64,000 nt of DNA from an uncultured delta proteobacterium (GTDB taxonomy: Bacteria > Myxococcota_A > Polyangia > Fen-1088), in NCBI GenBank assembly GCA_963755125.1, contig CAVWIP010000015.1:320001-384000 (forward strand), written 5' to 3'. The stretch's first letter is position 1, and each line of letters opens with the position of its first letter. A program made the translations under genes and the position numbers. Of this stretch, positions 8,350-17,573 are shown piece by piece. The notes under the pieces are model-generated. The model was not told the DNA's origin, made no database searches, and worked only from the letters and a program-made list of their open reading frames with translations.

Positions 8350-10518
8350 ATGACAACCCACACTCGCCGCAGTGAAGGTTCCTTGGCCGCACTCCTGCTC
8401 GCAGGATTGTCGGCCGCATGCATGTCCGATCCATTGGCAGGCACCAGCCAGCCCAACGACGCCGGCGCGAATCCTGGGGGTGGGACAGTCGCCACCGGGA
8501 GCACGACGAGCCCAGCCGGTGGCACGACGAGCCCGACGAGCCCGGCCGGAGGCACGACTGGCCCAGCAGCCGGAGGTGCGACGAGCCCGGCCGGTGGCAC
8601 GACTGGCCCGGCAGCCGGAGGCACGACTGGCCCAGCAGCCGGAGGCGCGACGAGCCCGGCCGGAGGTACGACGAGCCCGGCCGGAGGTACGACTGGCCCA
8701 GCAGCCGGAGGCGCGACGAGCGCAAGTGAGGCCGTGGCGAACGCAGTCGACATTTTCCCATTGACCTCCTTCACCGTCTTGGTCAGCCCGCCGCGCGAAG
8801 TCGACATCTTGTTCATGATCGACAATTCCCCTTCGATGGATCCCAAGCAGCAGGCACTGGCTGCCAACTTCCCAAAGATGATCCAGGTACTGCAGAACCT
8901 TCCGGACCCTTCCGACCCTTCGGGCACAGCTGTAAGTTTGCCCGACGTCCACATCGGTGTGATCAGCAGCGACCTGGGGGCTGGCTCCGACAATATCGGC
9001 GGCAACTGCTCGCGGGTTCTGGGCGATCGCGGCCTTCTGTGGGGGAACGATCCCAACAACCCGATTGCCTCGGTCGCGCCCGGCAATACGTTATATTCGA
9101 CCGCCGCCGGTCAAATTTCAACCTACCCGACACCCAACGGGTGCGGCCTCAACTCGGGCGCCCGCTGGATCATAGATGTCGCGAATGCGAATGGGACCGG
9201 GCGGACGCAGAACTACACGGGAAATCTCACGGACGTATTCACCTGCCTCGCCCAGTCCGTGGGAATCGCGGGCTGCGGTTACGAGCACCAGTTGCAATCG
9301 ATTCAAGTCGCGCTCAACCCCCAACAGGTGAATTGCAACGCCCAAGGCAATAACTGCACCGATATCAACATGGAGAACGTCGGCTTCCTGCGTCCCGAGG
9401 CCTACCTGGCCATCGTTTTCATCAGCGACGAGGATGACGACTCTGCTCCGGTCCCCGACACAACCCCCGATGGCAGCAACAGCAACGATGGCATGTTCCT
9501 GAACAGGCCCCCTGGGGAAACCGCCAGCATGAAAGCTGCGACGCGTGGCCATCTGTGCGGCGGCCAGCCAATCCCTGGCTACGACCCGGTGAACGGCTTC
9601 ACCCCGCAGAACCCGGCCCCGACGCCCAATGTTGGACCTGGAACAGGCGTCTTGGGGTTCATGCACCCCTTTTCCGATTGCACGGACAAGGAGCAGCTCG
9701 ATAGGAACAATCCAGACCCCGCCTACCTTCCGCTCATCGACGTGCGGGACATCATCGACAGCGTCAACGGTGTCAAGGGCAATCCCCAGACCCAGATCCT
9801 CGTGTCTGGCATTTTCGGCTGGCCCCCGGACACTGCCTTGCCCAATGTCCAGACCACGGATCAATACAGGATCGGGGTTGACACCACGTCGCTCCCGGCC
9901 CCGGAGAACACCTTATGGGACTACATGCCCATTTGCTGGAATCCCACTGTGCAGGCCTCTGACGGCAACATCTACAAAGCCTACGGCGGTCTTCGCCATA
10001 ACAAGTTCGTCAGTGCCTTCGGCGCCAACGGACAGCGTTTCAGCATCTGCAACCAGGACTTCACGGACGCGATGACCCAAATTGGTACTGCGATCGCGCA
10101 GGTGCTGAAGCCAGGTTGCGTGCAGTACCCGTTGATCGACACGAACCCGACTGTCCCTGGCGTGCAGCCCGAATGCCAGGCTGTCTACGAGATAGCGTGC
10201 AACACGCCGGGCCAGGGCACGTGCCTTTCCAACGGCTACCAGGAACAGACTCTCCCCGAGTGCATGGACCCTACCACGGGGAACCCTCTCGTACCCTTGA
10301 ATCCCCCAACCGGCAATATCCCGGACTCCGCGCGGCCTTGCTGGTACCTCTTGTACGATTCGGACCCAACCACGGGCTGCCCGAACACATACATGAACCA
10401 GAGAATCACTGCCTTGCGGCCAAGCACCCAGCCGCAGGCGCCGGCAGGCACGCTGCTCGCGCTGACCTGTTTAACCTGTCCGGCGTCTGACCCAGGGTGC
10501 GGCGTGGCGGGGCACTAG
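8350..10518 (+). CDS. Myxobacterial-type Cys-rich VWA-domain lipoprotein
   Basis: Lipobox LSAAC; Thr/Gly/Pro linker; VDILFMIDNSPSM (MIDAS DxSxS); GFLRPEAYLAIVFISDEDD; many Cys pairs; start ATG 8350. Confidence 0.8.
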   Translation: MTTHTRRSEGSLAALLLAGLSAACMSDPLAGTSQPNDAGANPGGGTVATGSTTSPAGGTTSPTSPAGGTTGPAAGGATSPAGGTTGPAAGGTTGPAAGGATSPAGGTTSPAGGTTGPAAGGATSASEAVANAVDIFPLTSFTVLVSPPREVDILFMIDNSPSMDPKQQALAANFPKMIQVLQNLPDPSDPSGTAVSLPDVHIGVISSDLGAGSDNIGGNCSRVLGDRGLLWGNDPNNPIASVAPGNTLYSTAAGQISTYPTPNGCGLNSGARWIIDVANANGTGRTQNYTGNLTDVFTCLAQSVGIAGCGYEHQLQSIQVALNPQQVNCNAQGNNCTDINMENVGFLRPEAYLAIVFISDEDDDSAPVPDTTPDGSNSNDGMFLNRPPGETASMKAATRGHLCGGQPIPGYDPVNGFTPQNPAPTPNVGPGTGVLGFMHPFSDCTDKEQLDRNNPDPAYLPLIDVRDIIDSVNGVKGNPQTQILVSGIFGWPPDTALPNVQTTDQYRIGVDTTSLPAPENTLWDYMPICWNPTVQASDGNIYKAYGGLRHNKFVSAFGANGQRFSICNQDFTDAMTQIGTAIAQVLKPGCVQYPLIDTNPTVPGVQPECQAVYEIACNTPGQGTCLSNGYQEQTLPECMDPTTGNPLVPLNPPTGNIPDSARPCWYLLYDSDPTTGCPNTYMNQRITALRPSTQPQAPAGTLLALTCLTCPASDPGCGVAGH
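8500..8722 (+). repeat. Coding tandem repeats of 21/24-bp units (TTSPAGG / TTGPAAGG)
   Basis: About ten alternating units, e.g. acgagcccggccggagg and acgactggcccagcagccggagg. Confidence 0.9.
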
Positions 10519-10587
10519 CCGCCCGAGGGTGCGTCCGTGTCGGTTCGACCTGCGGTCGCTCCTGCGGTGGCCGGCTCGCGGCTCTGC

Positions 10588-10616
10588 TTGACATACGGGC
10601 CTAGTTTCCCAATAGT
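10588..10616 (+). promoter_or_regulatory. Sigma-70-type promoter TTGACA-N17-AATAGT
   Basis: Perfect -35 and 17-bp spacer, ending 9 nt before ATG 10626. Confidence 0.7.
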
Positions 10617-10625
10617 GGCTGCCGC

Positions 10626-10796
10626 ATGGGAAAGCACGACAACCGCCGTTCAAAGAAGATGCGCCAACGCGTGAGCCAGAACAAGTACAAGGCGCGGATC
10701 AAGAGACAGAAGGCCGAGCGCCACGCCGCCCGCGGAACGCCGGCAAAGGCCCCGAGAAAGCCGCGGGCTGCCGCGCCCGCGCCTGCTAAGGAATAG
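10626..10796 (+). CDS. 56-aa highly basic small protein (ribosomal-protein-like)
   Basis: MGKHDNRRSKKMRQRVSQNKYKARIKRQKAERHAARGTPAKAPRKPRAAAPAPAKE; follows a strong promoter; absent from the ORF track (probably below its length cutoff). Confidence 0.7.
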   Translation: MGKHDNRRSKKMRQRVSQNKYKARIKRQKAERHAARGTPAKAPRKPRAAAPAPAKE

Positions 10797-10834
10797 TCTT
10801 TCGCCGGGCCTCCGAAAAGGTCCAGGGAGGTCAC

Positions 10835-13591
10835 GTGAGCGGCGAGAGGGACAGCGGCGCGAAAGGGGCCGGGCCAACGCCCGATGCGCCGAGCGGCCAG
10901 CCCGACCAGGCCACCACCGCGCTCATGCGCCAGTACCTCGACGTGAAGTCGCGGTACCCCGACGCCATCGTGTTCTTCCGTCTCGGGGACTTCTACGAGA
11001 TGTTCTACGAGGACGCGGTCTACGCATCTCGCGTGCTCTCGCTCACGCAGACCACGCGCGACAAGGGCAAGGAGAATCCGGTGCCCATGTGCGGGGTGCC
11101 GCACCACTCGGCGCGCGGCTACATCGCCCGCCTCACAGAGCTGGGCCATCGGGTGGCCATCTGCGAGCAGTTGGAAGACCCGAAACTGGTCAAGGGCCTG
11201 GTCAAGCGCGGCGTGGTTCGCATCGTCACTCCGGGGGTGATTCTCGACGAGGAATCGCTGGAACCTCGCGCGCCCAACTACGTAGCGGCGGTGGCTGGCG
11301 AAAGCCGCGACGGCTTCGGCCTGGCTTTCATCGACGTGACCACCGGCGATTTCCGCGCCACCGAGGCCGCCACCAGCGAGGGCTTGCTCGATGAGCTGGC
11401 TCGGGTCGATCCGCGCGAACTGCTGCTGCCGCGCGGGCAAGGCGATCTGGCGTCGCTGGTCCGGCGCGCCTACCCACGACTGGCGCAGACGCCGATCAGC
11501 ATAGACGACGAGCCCGAGTCAATTTCCGCGCTGGCCGACGGACTCGGCCCCGGCCTGGATCGGGACGCGCTCGCCCGCGCCCCGCAGGCCAGCCTGGCCG
11601 CCAGCCGCGTCCTGCGCTATGTGCGCGCGACCCAGCTCTCCGCGCCCCTGCCGGTGGCGCGCCTCGAACTCTTCCGGCGCGACGAGTTCCTGGTCATCGA
11701 CGAGCAAGCGCGCTCGCACCTGGAGCTCATCGAGACCATGCTGGAGCGCAAGCGGGCGGGCTCCCTGCTCGACACCCTGGACGTCACCGCCACGGCCATG
11801 GGCGCCCGGCTCTTGCGTCGCTGGCTGCTCTTTCCCTTGCTCGACTTGGCCCGCATCCGGCGCCGCCATGACGCCGTCGAGCGCCTGGTGGAGCGACAAG
11901 CCGCGCGCGAGGCTACGCGCAAGATCCTGTCGGAGATGGGCGACATCGAGCGGCTGGTGAGTCGCGCGTGCCTGGGCGTGGCCAGCCCGCGCGATCTGGT
12001 CGCGCTGGGCCGTTCTTTGCAGCAGTTGCCCGATCTGGCGGCGGCCTTGCAGCAGGCCGTGGACCCGATGGCGGCGCTCGCCGCGGCCGGCACGGGAGCC
12101 GACCTGCTTGACCTGGGCCAGGATCTCGCACAGGACATCGCCGATTCCATCGTCGCCACGCTGGAGGACAACGCGCCTGCCATGACCAAGGAAGGCGGTT
12201 TCATCCGGGCCGGGGTATCGGCGGAACTCGACGAGTTGCGTGCTGTCTCCTCGGGCGGGCGCGACCAGATTGCGGCCATCGAGGCGCGCGAGCGCGAGCG
12301 CACCGGGATCGCCTCGCTCAAGGTCAAGTACAACAGCGTGTTCGGCTACTACATCGAGATCACACGTACCCACCTGGCCAACGTACCGGCGGACTACACG
12401 CGAAAGCAGACGGTGGCCAATGCCGAGCGTTTCGTGACCGCCGAGCTGGCTAACTACGAAGCCAAGATCCTGGGCGCTGACGAGCGCCGGGTGGCGTTGG
12501 AGCAGGCGCTTTTCTCCACGCTGCGCGATCAGGTCGGGGCGGCGGCCTCGCGCGTGCTGGAGCTGGCCGGCCGGGTGGCTGCGGCCGATGTGGTCGCGGC
12601 ACTGGCAGAGCAGGCCCACCGCCACGGCTATTGCCGGCCCGTGGTCGACGATTCCGAGGTGCTGGAGCTGTGGGACAGCCGGCACCCGGTGGTGGAACGG
12701 CTGGCGGCCACCGGGGGCTTCGTGCCCAACGACCTGCGCCTGGATACCGAGCGCGAGCAGATTCTCGTGGTGACCGGACCGAACATGGCGGGCAAGTCGA
12801 CGCTGATTCGCCAAGCCGCCTTGTCGGTGATCCTGGCCCAGGCGGGCAGCTTCGTGCCCGCGCGCGCGGCGCGCATCGGCCTGTGCGACCGCGTCTTCAC
12901 CCGCGTGGGCGCGGGCGACAACCTGGCGCGCGGCGAATCCACCTTCCTGCTGGAAATGCGGGAGACCGCGCACATCCTGCGCCACGCGACCCGCAAGAGC
13001 CTGATCATCCTCGACGAGATCGGGCGAGGGACGTCGACCTACGACGGCGTTTCCATCGCCTGGGCCGTGGCCGAGCACCTGCACGACGTGGTCGGTGCGC
13101 GCACGCTGTTCGCCACCCACTATCACGAGCTGTGCGACCTGCACGATTCGCACCCGCGCGTGCACGACGTCAGCGTGGCTGCGCGCGAATGGCAGGGCGA
13201 GGTCGTGTTCCTGCGCAAGCTGACCCCGGGCGGAACCAGCCGGTCGTTCGGCGTCGAGGTAGCCAAGCTCGCTGGCCTGCCGCCCGCGGTGGTCGGGCGA
13301 GCCCGCGCCATCCTTGAACGCTTGCAACTCGGCGCCGCCAGCCCGCGCCGTCCTGACGAGCCGCACCCGGCGTTGCCTGGCCAGGGCGAGGCGCCCCAAC
13401 TCGGGCTGTTCGAGCCGCGCGGGCAGAAGTCCCTGTCGGACGCTGTGCCGGAGCCGGATGTCGCGAATGAGCGGGAGGTCGTGGCCGCGCTTCGGGCCGC
13501 CGATCTTGAGGGCCTGTCACCTCGTGCGGCCTGGGATCTGCTGGCTGAATTGCGAAAGAAGTTGACGGATGGCCGATCCGGCCGCCCATGA
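10835..13591 (+). CDS. mutS: DNA mismatch repair protein MutS
   Basis: FFRLGDFYEMF, GPNMAGKST, LDEIGRGTST, FATHYHEL, and C-terminal QLGLF clamp motif. Confidence 0.97.
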   Translation: MSGERDSGAKGAGPTPDAPSGQPDQATTALMRQYLDVKSRYPDAIVFFRLGDFYEMFYEDAVYASRVLSLTQTTRDKGKENPVPMCGVPHHSARGYIARLTELGHRVAICEQLEDPKLVKGLVKRGVVRIVTPGVILDEESLEPRAPNYVAAVAGESRDGFGLAFIDVTTGDFRATEAATSEGLLDELARVDPRELLLPRGQGDLASLVRRAYPRLAQTPISIDDEPESISALADGLGPGLDRDALARAPQASLAASRVLRYVRATQLSAPLPVARLELFRRDEFLVIDEQARSHLELIETMLERKRAGSLLDTLDVTATAMGARLLRRWLLFPLLDLARIRRRHDAVERLVERQAAREATRKILSEMGDIERLVSRACLGVASPRDLVALGRSLQQLPDLAAALQQAVDPMAALAAAGTGADLLDLGQDLAQDIADSIVATLEDNAPAMTKEGGFIRAGVSAELDELRAVSSGGRDQIAAIEARERERTGIASLKVKYNSVFGYYIEITRTHLANVPADYTRKQTVANAERFVTAELANYEAKILGADERRVALEQALFSTLRDQVGAAASRVLELAGRVAAADVVAALAEQAHRHGYCRPVVDDSEVLELWDSRHPVVERLAATGGFVPNDLRLDTEREQILVVTGPNMAGKSTLIRQAALSVILAQAGSFVPARAARIGLCDRVFTRVGAGDNLARGESTFLLEMRETAHILRHATRKSLIILDEIGRGTSTYDGVSIAWAVAEHLHDVVGARTLFATHYHELCDLHDSHPRVHDVSVAAREWQGEVVFLRKLTPGGTSRSFGVEVAKLAGLPPAVVGRARAILERLQLGAASPRRPDEPHPALPGQGEAPQLGLFEPRGQKSLSDAVPEPDVANEREVVAALRAADLEGLSPRAAWDLLAELRKKLTDGRSGRP

Positions 13592-13600
13592 TTAGGGGTC

Positions 13601-14464
13601 GTGGCTGTACACCGCGCGGCGCTTGCGCTCCTGATTGTTTCTCTTTCCAGCATCGTCATTGCTGCGCCGGTTCGCGCGCCTGACGGCGGAACCGGCACGC
13701 GGCCCGCCTCGCCTAAAGCCGTCGGAACGACGAAGTCCTCGACCTCGGTCAAGAAGTCCTCAACCTCGGTCAAGAAGATCAAGCCGCTGCGCAATCCACC
13801 AGTCGACCTCTTCCAGATCAACACCAAGGAGTCCTTCGTGTTGCGCTTTGCCGATGAGCGCGGCCGTCCCATCGTGGGTTGGCAGAAGCGATTCCAGCGC
13901 TTCATGCGCTGTCACCACACCAACACCCAGCACAAGATCGACCCGCGCCTGCCGCGCTTGCTCTATCAGACGGGGCGACATTTTGCCGGGCACCGTCTGG
14001 AAGTCATCTCCGGCTACCGCAACCCCAAGGTCGCGCGCAACCCGAAAAGTCCCCACAAGAAGGGACTGGCCTGCGATTTTCGCCTCGCAGGTATACCCAA
14101 CGCGACCCTGCGCGAGTACCTGCGCCACACGTTCGATCACGTGGGCGTCGGGTTCTATCCCAATTCATCCTTTGTTCACCTGGACGTGCGCAAAGGGCCG
14201 TCGGCGTTCTGGATCGACTACTCCGGGCCGGGCGAGGGCGCTGCGTACTCCGGGAATGCGCGCGAGGACCTGCGCACGGGCAAGGCCGACTGGTACAGGC
14301 CGGCCCCAGGCGAGCGGGTTTCCTCGAAGGCGGAGCGTGCGGAAAGCGTGGACGACCTGATGGAAACGGCCGTCAAGGGAGGGGCCGAGCCGGGCGGCGA
14401 CGGTCCCAGGGCTGCAGCCGCAACGCAGCGGGGAAGCCAGGCGCGTACCGATGCGCCGAACTAG
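13601..14464 (+). CDS. DUF882/YcbK (peptidase M15) exported endopeptidase
   Basis: IDPRL, VISGYR, SPHKKGLACD, GVGFYPNSSFVHLDVR; signal peptide; 21-bp duplication at 13733-13774. Confidence 0.85.
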   Translation: MAVHRAALALLIVSLSSIVIAAPVRAPDGGTGTRPASPKAVGTTKSSTSVKKSSTSVKKIKPLRNPPVDLFQINTKESFVLRFADERGRPIVGWQKRFQRFMRCHHTNTQHKIDPRLPRLLYQTGRHFAGHRLEVISGYRNPKVARNPKSPHKKGLACDFRLAGIPNATLREYLRHTFDHVGVGFYPNSSFVHLDVRKGPSAFWIDYSGPGEGAAYSGNAREDLRTGKADWYRPAPGERVSSKAERAESVDDLMETAVKGGAEPGGDGPRAAAATQRGSQARTDAPN

Positions 14465-14600
14465 CGCTTCTCGGCTTTGTCGATTGTCGAAACCAGGCCG
14501 GCAGTGCTAGAAGGCTACTAAGTACCGCCCACGGACCATGTTCGCCCTTGCTCGAGGCCCAAAGGGGCGGCACGGGCGTAGACGCAGAGGAGAATTCCAG

Positions 14601-15533
14601 ATGAAGAAGCTCGGTGTTTCCTTGGTGGCAGGGCTGCTGGTGTTGGCGACCGCACAGCATGCGACGGCGGCCAAGGCAAAGAAGGCCAAGGAGGAGAAGG
14701 CCCGCGGGCCTGCTCCGGTGGCCAAGGCTGACGCCATCAGCGAGATCAGGGGCGAGTACAAATGGGCGATGACAATGCAGCAGGTTATCGACAAGATCAG
14801 CGCGCGCATCGAGGCGTCGTACAAGGACAGGATCGCCGCGACCACCGCTGACCCGAGCCGGAACGACAAGTTCCGCAAAGCGATGCGCGACGAGATCGCG
14901 GCGATGAAGAAGAACGTGGTCAAGTTCGATGGCCAGAAGGGCCCGTGGGACGTGTCGATCATCGACCAAGAGATCGTGCAGGGACAGGGCCAGTCGATGC
15001 TCTTCACCAAAGAGGAGAAATCCACCCGCTACTTCTTCTTCGACCACGACAGCCTGTACAAGATGTTCATTGCCTTCGACAAGGAGATGCTGCAGGGAAA
15101 GAACTTCAAGGACTTCGGTGTCGCCATGCAGACGAAGTTCGGCAAGGCACAAGAGGTCTACGTCAACCAGAGCTATCTCGGGGTCAAGGAGAGGAAGCTC
15201 GATCACCTGCTCTGGCGGTCGAGCACCGGTGACGGGCTCAAGCTGGTGGATCGATCCGAGTTCTATGACGTGTACTGCCTGGTCTTGTACGACAACAGCG
15301 TCGAGCAACGCATGGCGTCCGCGCGCAAGGCGATCGAAGCTGCCCAGCCCAAGGGTTCAATGATCGACAGCGTGGTCGGGGGCAAGGAATCGGATCGCGA
15401 CGAGAACGACAACGTGATCGATCGCATTACGGGCAAAGAGGTCTTCAAGCCCGGCGACCGGCGCGCTGCGCAGCAGAACATCACCGTGCCGTCCCCTGGT
15501 GCCCCTGCGCCTGCCGGCGACATCGACAAGTGA
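14601..15533 (+). CDS. Exported hypothetical protein
   Basis: SD AGAGGAG; signal peptide MKKLGVSLVAGLLVLATA; strong GC3 codon bias. Confidence 0.75.
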   Translation: MKKLGVSLVAGLLVLATAQHATAAKAKKAKEEKARGPAPVAKADAISEIRGEYKWAMTMQQVIDKISARIEASYKDRIAATTADPSRNDKFRKAMRDEIAAMKKNVVKFDGQKGPWDVSIIDQEIVQGQGQSMLFTKEEKSTRYFFFDHDSLYKMFIAFDKEMLQGKNFKDFGVAMQTKFGKAQEVYVNQSYLGVKERKLDHLLWRSSTGDGLKLVDRSEFYDVYCLVLYDNSVEQRMASARKAIEAAQPKGSMIDSVVGGKESDRDENDNVIDRITGKEVFKPGDRRAAQQNITVPSPGAPAPAGDIDK

Positions 15534-15572
15534 CCCGGCGCCGGTAATCGGCGTGCCCGAATGCTGTGTTGC

Positions 15573-15601
15573 TTGACAGCGGCCGGGCGGCTCCGCAAAA
15601 T
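15573..15601 (+). promoter_or_regulatory. Sigma-70-type promoter of rpsT, TTGACA-N17-CAAAAT
   Basis: Perfect -35 and 17-bp spacer, 14 nt before the start. Confidence 0.7.
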
Positions 15602-15615
15602 GCGACCCTTTCCCA

Positions 15616-15882
15616 ATGGCCAATATAAAGTCAGCCGAGAAGAAGAACCGACAGCGCATCAAGCGCCAGGCGCGCAATTCAGCCCAGAAGGCGGCGATGC
15701 GTACGGCAGTGAAGAAGCTGCGAGCCGCGGTTGCGGCCAAGGACGCGAAGCAGGCAGGTGAACTGCTCAAGTCAGCGACCACGCTCATCACCCGGCTTGG
15801 CGGGCGTGGCGCGATCAAGAAGCGCACCAGCTCGCGTCACGTGTCGCGGCTGACCGTCGCGGTCAACGCGCTGGCCAAGTAG
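15616..15882 (+). CDS. rpsT: 30S ribosomal protein S20
   Basis: MANIKSAEKKNRQRIKRQARN..KAAMRTAVKKL. Confidence 0.97.
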   Translation: MANIKSAEKKNRQRIKRQARNSAQKAAMRTAVKKLRAAVAAKDAKQAGELLKSATTLITRLGGRGAIKKRTSSRHVSRLTVAVNALAK

Positions 15883-15928
15883 TCCGGCGGCGGGCCGTCC
15901 GGGGCGGTGGCGCAGGTTGGCGAGCCGC

Positions 15929-15950
15929 GGGCCGGCCTTTCGGCCGGCCC
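15929..15950. terminator. 9-bp GC hairpin between the convergent rpsT and OmpA genes
   Basis: GGGCCGGCC-TTTC-GGCCGGCCC; no U-tract. Confidence 0.4.
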
Positions 15951-15967
15951 AGCCCGACAGGCTCCAG

Positions 15968-17389
15968 CTAGTTTCCAGTCAGGAGCTTGAACTCGGTTCG
16001 GCGGTTCTTTGCCTTGCCCGCCTTGGTTTTGTTGTCAGCGATGGGCTTCTCCGGGCCGTATCCGATCGCGGTCAGCCGCTCGGCCTTGATGCCCTTGTTG
16101 ACGAAGTACTCCTTGACCGCATCTGCGCGCTTCTGCGACAGCTCCTTGTTGTGCTCGTCCTTTCCGACGTTGTCGGTGTGACCGCTGATCTCGATCCTGG
16201 TGTCGGGGTAGTCCGTGAGGACCTGGACCGCTTTGTCGAGCACATCGTAGGACTTCTTGGTGAGGTTGGCGGAATTGGTCTTGAAGGTGATCCCTTCGAT
16301 AACGCCGGTGAACTTCTTCAGGGCGGCGGGCACCTCGTCCGGACATCCATCCTCATCCTGGTAGCCGTTGAAGGTTTCGGGCTCGTTCGGGCACTTGTCG
16401 ATGTTGTCCGGAATGCCATCGCCGTCGGTATCCTTGGGCGGCGGGCAGCCGTTCTTCGTGGGATCGTCGTTCTTGGGGCCTGGCTCGGTCGGGCAGGCAT
16501 CGTTGACGTCGAGGATGCCATCGCCGTCGGTGTCCTTGGGCAGCGGGCAGCCGTTCTTCGCGGGATCATCGCTCTTGGGGCCTGGCTCGGTCGGGCAGGC
16601 ATCGTTGACGTCGGGGATGCCGTCGCCGTCGGTGTCCTTGGGCGGCGGAGGCGGCGGGGGCGGCGGGGGCGGCGGGGGCGTAGGCCGAGTCCCGCCGAAC
16701 GCCAGGTATGCGGCCAGCAGGATCTCGTAATCGGGGGCGTGGAAGTGCCCCTCGTTGTACTTGCTGCTGTTCACAAACGCGGCGGGCGGGAACATGATGC
16801 GGCCGTCGAGGCGGAGCCCGAAGTTGTCGACAATCGGGAACTTCGAGCCCACGCCAACGTGGAACATGTCATCGGTGTCTTTGAAAGGTTCGCCGTTCGG
16901 ACCGGGAGAACTCTTGGGGAACTCCGACAGCGCGCCCCACCCGACGAGGGCGAAGGGCCGAACGTAGCCGGTGTGGATGAAGTTCCCAATCACCTGCCCG
17001 CGGTAGCCGACAATGATCTCGCGCGTGCCGCCGCTGGCGTCGGTGTAACGCGTGTGGGTGGGCGAGATCATGCCTTCGAGTTCGACGCCCACCCAGGGAA
17101 TGATGTTGTAGCTCAGGCGCAGACCGAAAGCCCCGCCCAAGTCAGGCGAATAGCCTTCGGGAGAGCCCACGTAGCGGCCGAGGCCGCTTTGTTTGTCGTA
17201 GAAATGCAGGCCACCAAAGATCCCGATCTCGAACGGCTGATCGAGCGGCGTTTCGTCGACAGCGGCTTTGTTTGCCGGGCTAGCCTCGGCGGCCATCGCG
17301 TACCTGGGCGCGCCGCCGGCCAGAGCAGCCAGCAATCCTGCGGTCAAGACACCCGAACTCAGCAACAACGTGTTTTTTCCACTCTTCAT
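15968..17389 (-). CDS. OmpA-family protein: beta-barrel, poly-Pro, thrombospondin type-3 repeats and OmpA C-terminal domain
   Basis: DTDGDGIPD..DACP repeats; IEISGHTDNVG..NKELSQKRA..KNRRTEF. Confidence 0.92.
   Translation of the reverse strand: MKSGKNTLLLSSGVLTAGLLAALAGGAPRYAMAAEASPANKAAVDETPLDQPFEIGIFGGLHFYDKQSGLGRYVGSPEGYSPDLGGAFGLRLSYNIIPWVGVELEGMISPTHTRYTDASGGTREIIVGYRGQVIGNFIHTGYVRPFALVGWGALSEFPKSSPGPNGEPFKDTDDMFHVGVGSKFPIVDNFGLRLDGRIMFPPAAFVNSSKYNEGHFHAPDYEILLAAYLAFGGTRPTPPPPPPPPPPPPPKDTDGDGIPDVNDACPTEPGPKSDDPAKNGCPLPKDTDGDGILDVNDACPTEPGPKNDDPTKNGCPPPKDTDGDGIPDNIDKCPNEPETFNGYQDEDGCPDEVPAALKKFTGVIEGITFKTNSANLTKKSYDVLDKAVQVLTDYPDTRIEISGHTDNVGKDEHNKELSQKRADAVKEYFVNKGIKAERLTAIGYGPEKPIADNKTKAGKAKNRRTEFKLLTGN
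16400..16640 (-). repeat. 102-bp coding tandem repeats (TSP3 calcium-binding units)
   Basis: tccttggg recurs at 16431, 16533 and 16635. Confidence 0.85.
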
Positions 17390-17523
17390 GCGATTTCCTT
17401 TCTTTTCCAAAACACAGCCATCTCCCGGCGGCTAGGCCGGCGCTACCCTCGGTTCGGCAATTCCCAGAACACGGAAACCTGGCACGAACCGGTGGCCTCG
17501 TCCCCCTCGCATCATGGACCGCA

Positions 17524-17552
17524 ACAATGTCGGAGGATCGAGCGCGCGTCAA
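17524..17552 (-). promoter_or_regulatory. Candidate sigma-70 promoter TTGACG-N17-CATTGT for the OmpA gene
   Basis: Correct spacing; implies a 5' leader of about 130 nt. Confidence 0.45.
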
Positions 17553-17573
17553 CTGTCGCGATTTGCCCTGGAT

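Noticed and set aside
8500..8722. Short regular repeats as a possible CRISPR array
   Set aside because: In-frame coding repeats with no unique spacers and no cas genes
15968..17389. TraB of the TraAB kin-recognition system
   Set aside because: The architecture is similar, but there is no adjacent traA-like gene and TSP3-OmpA proteins are common
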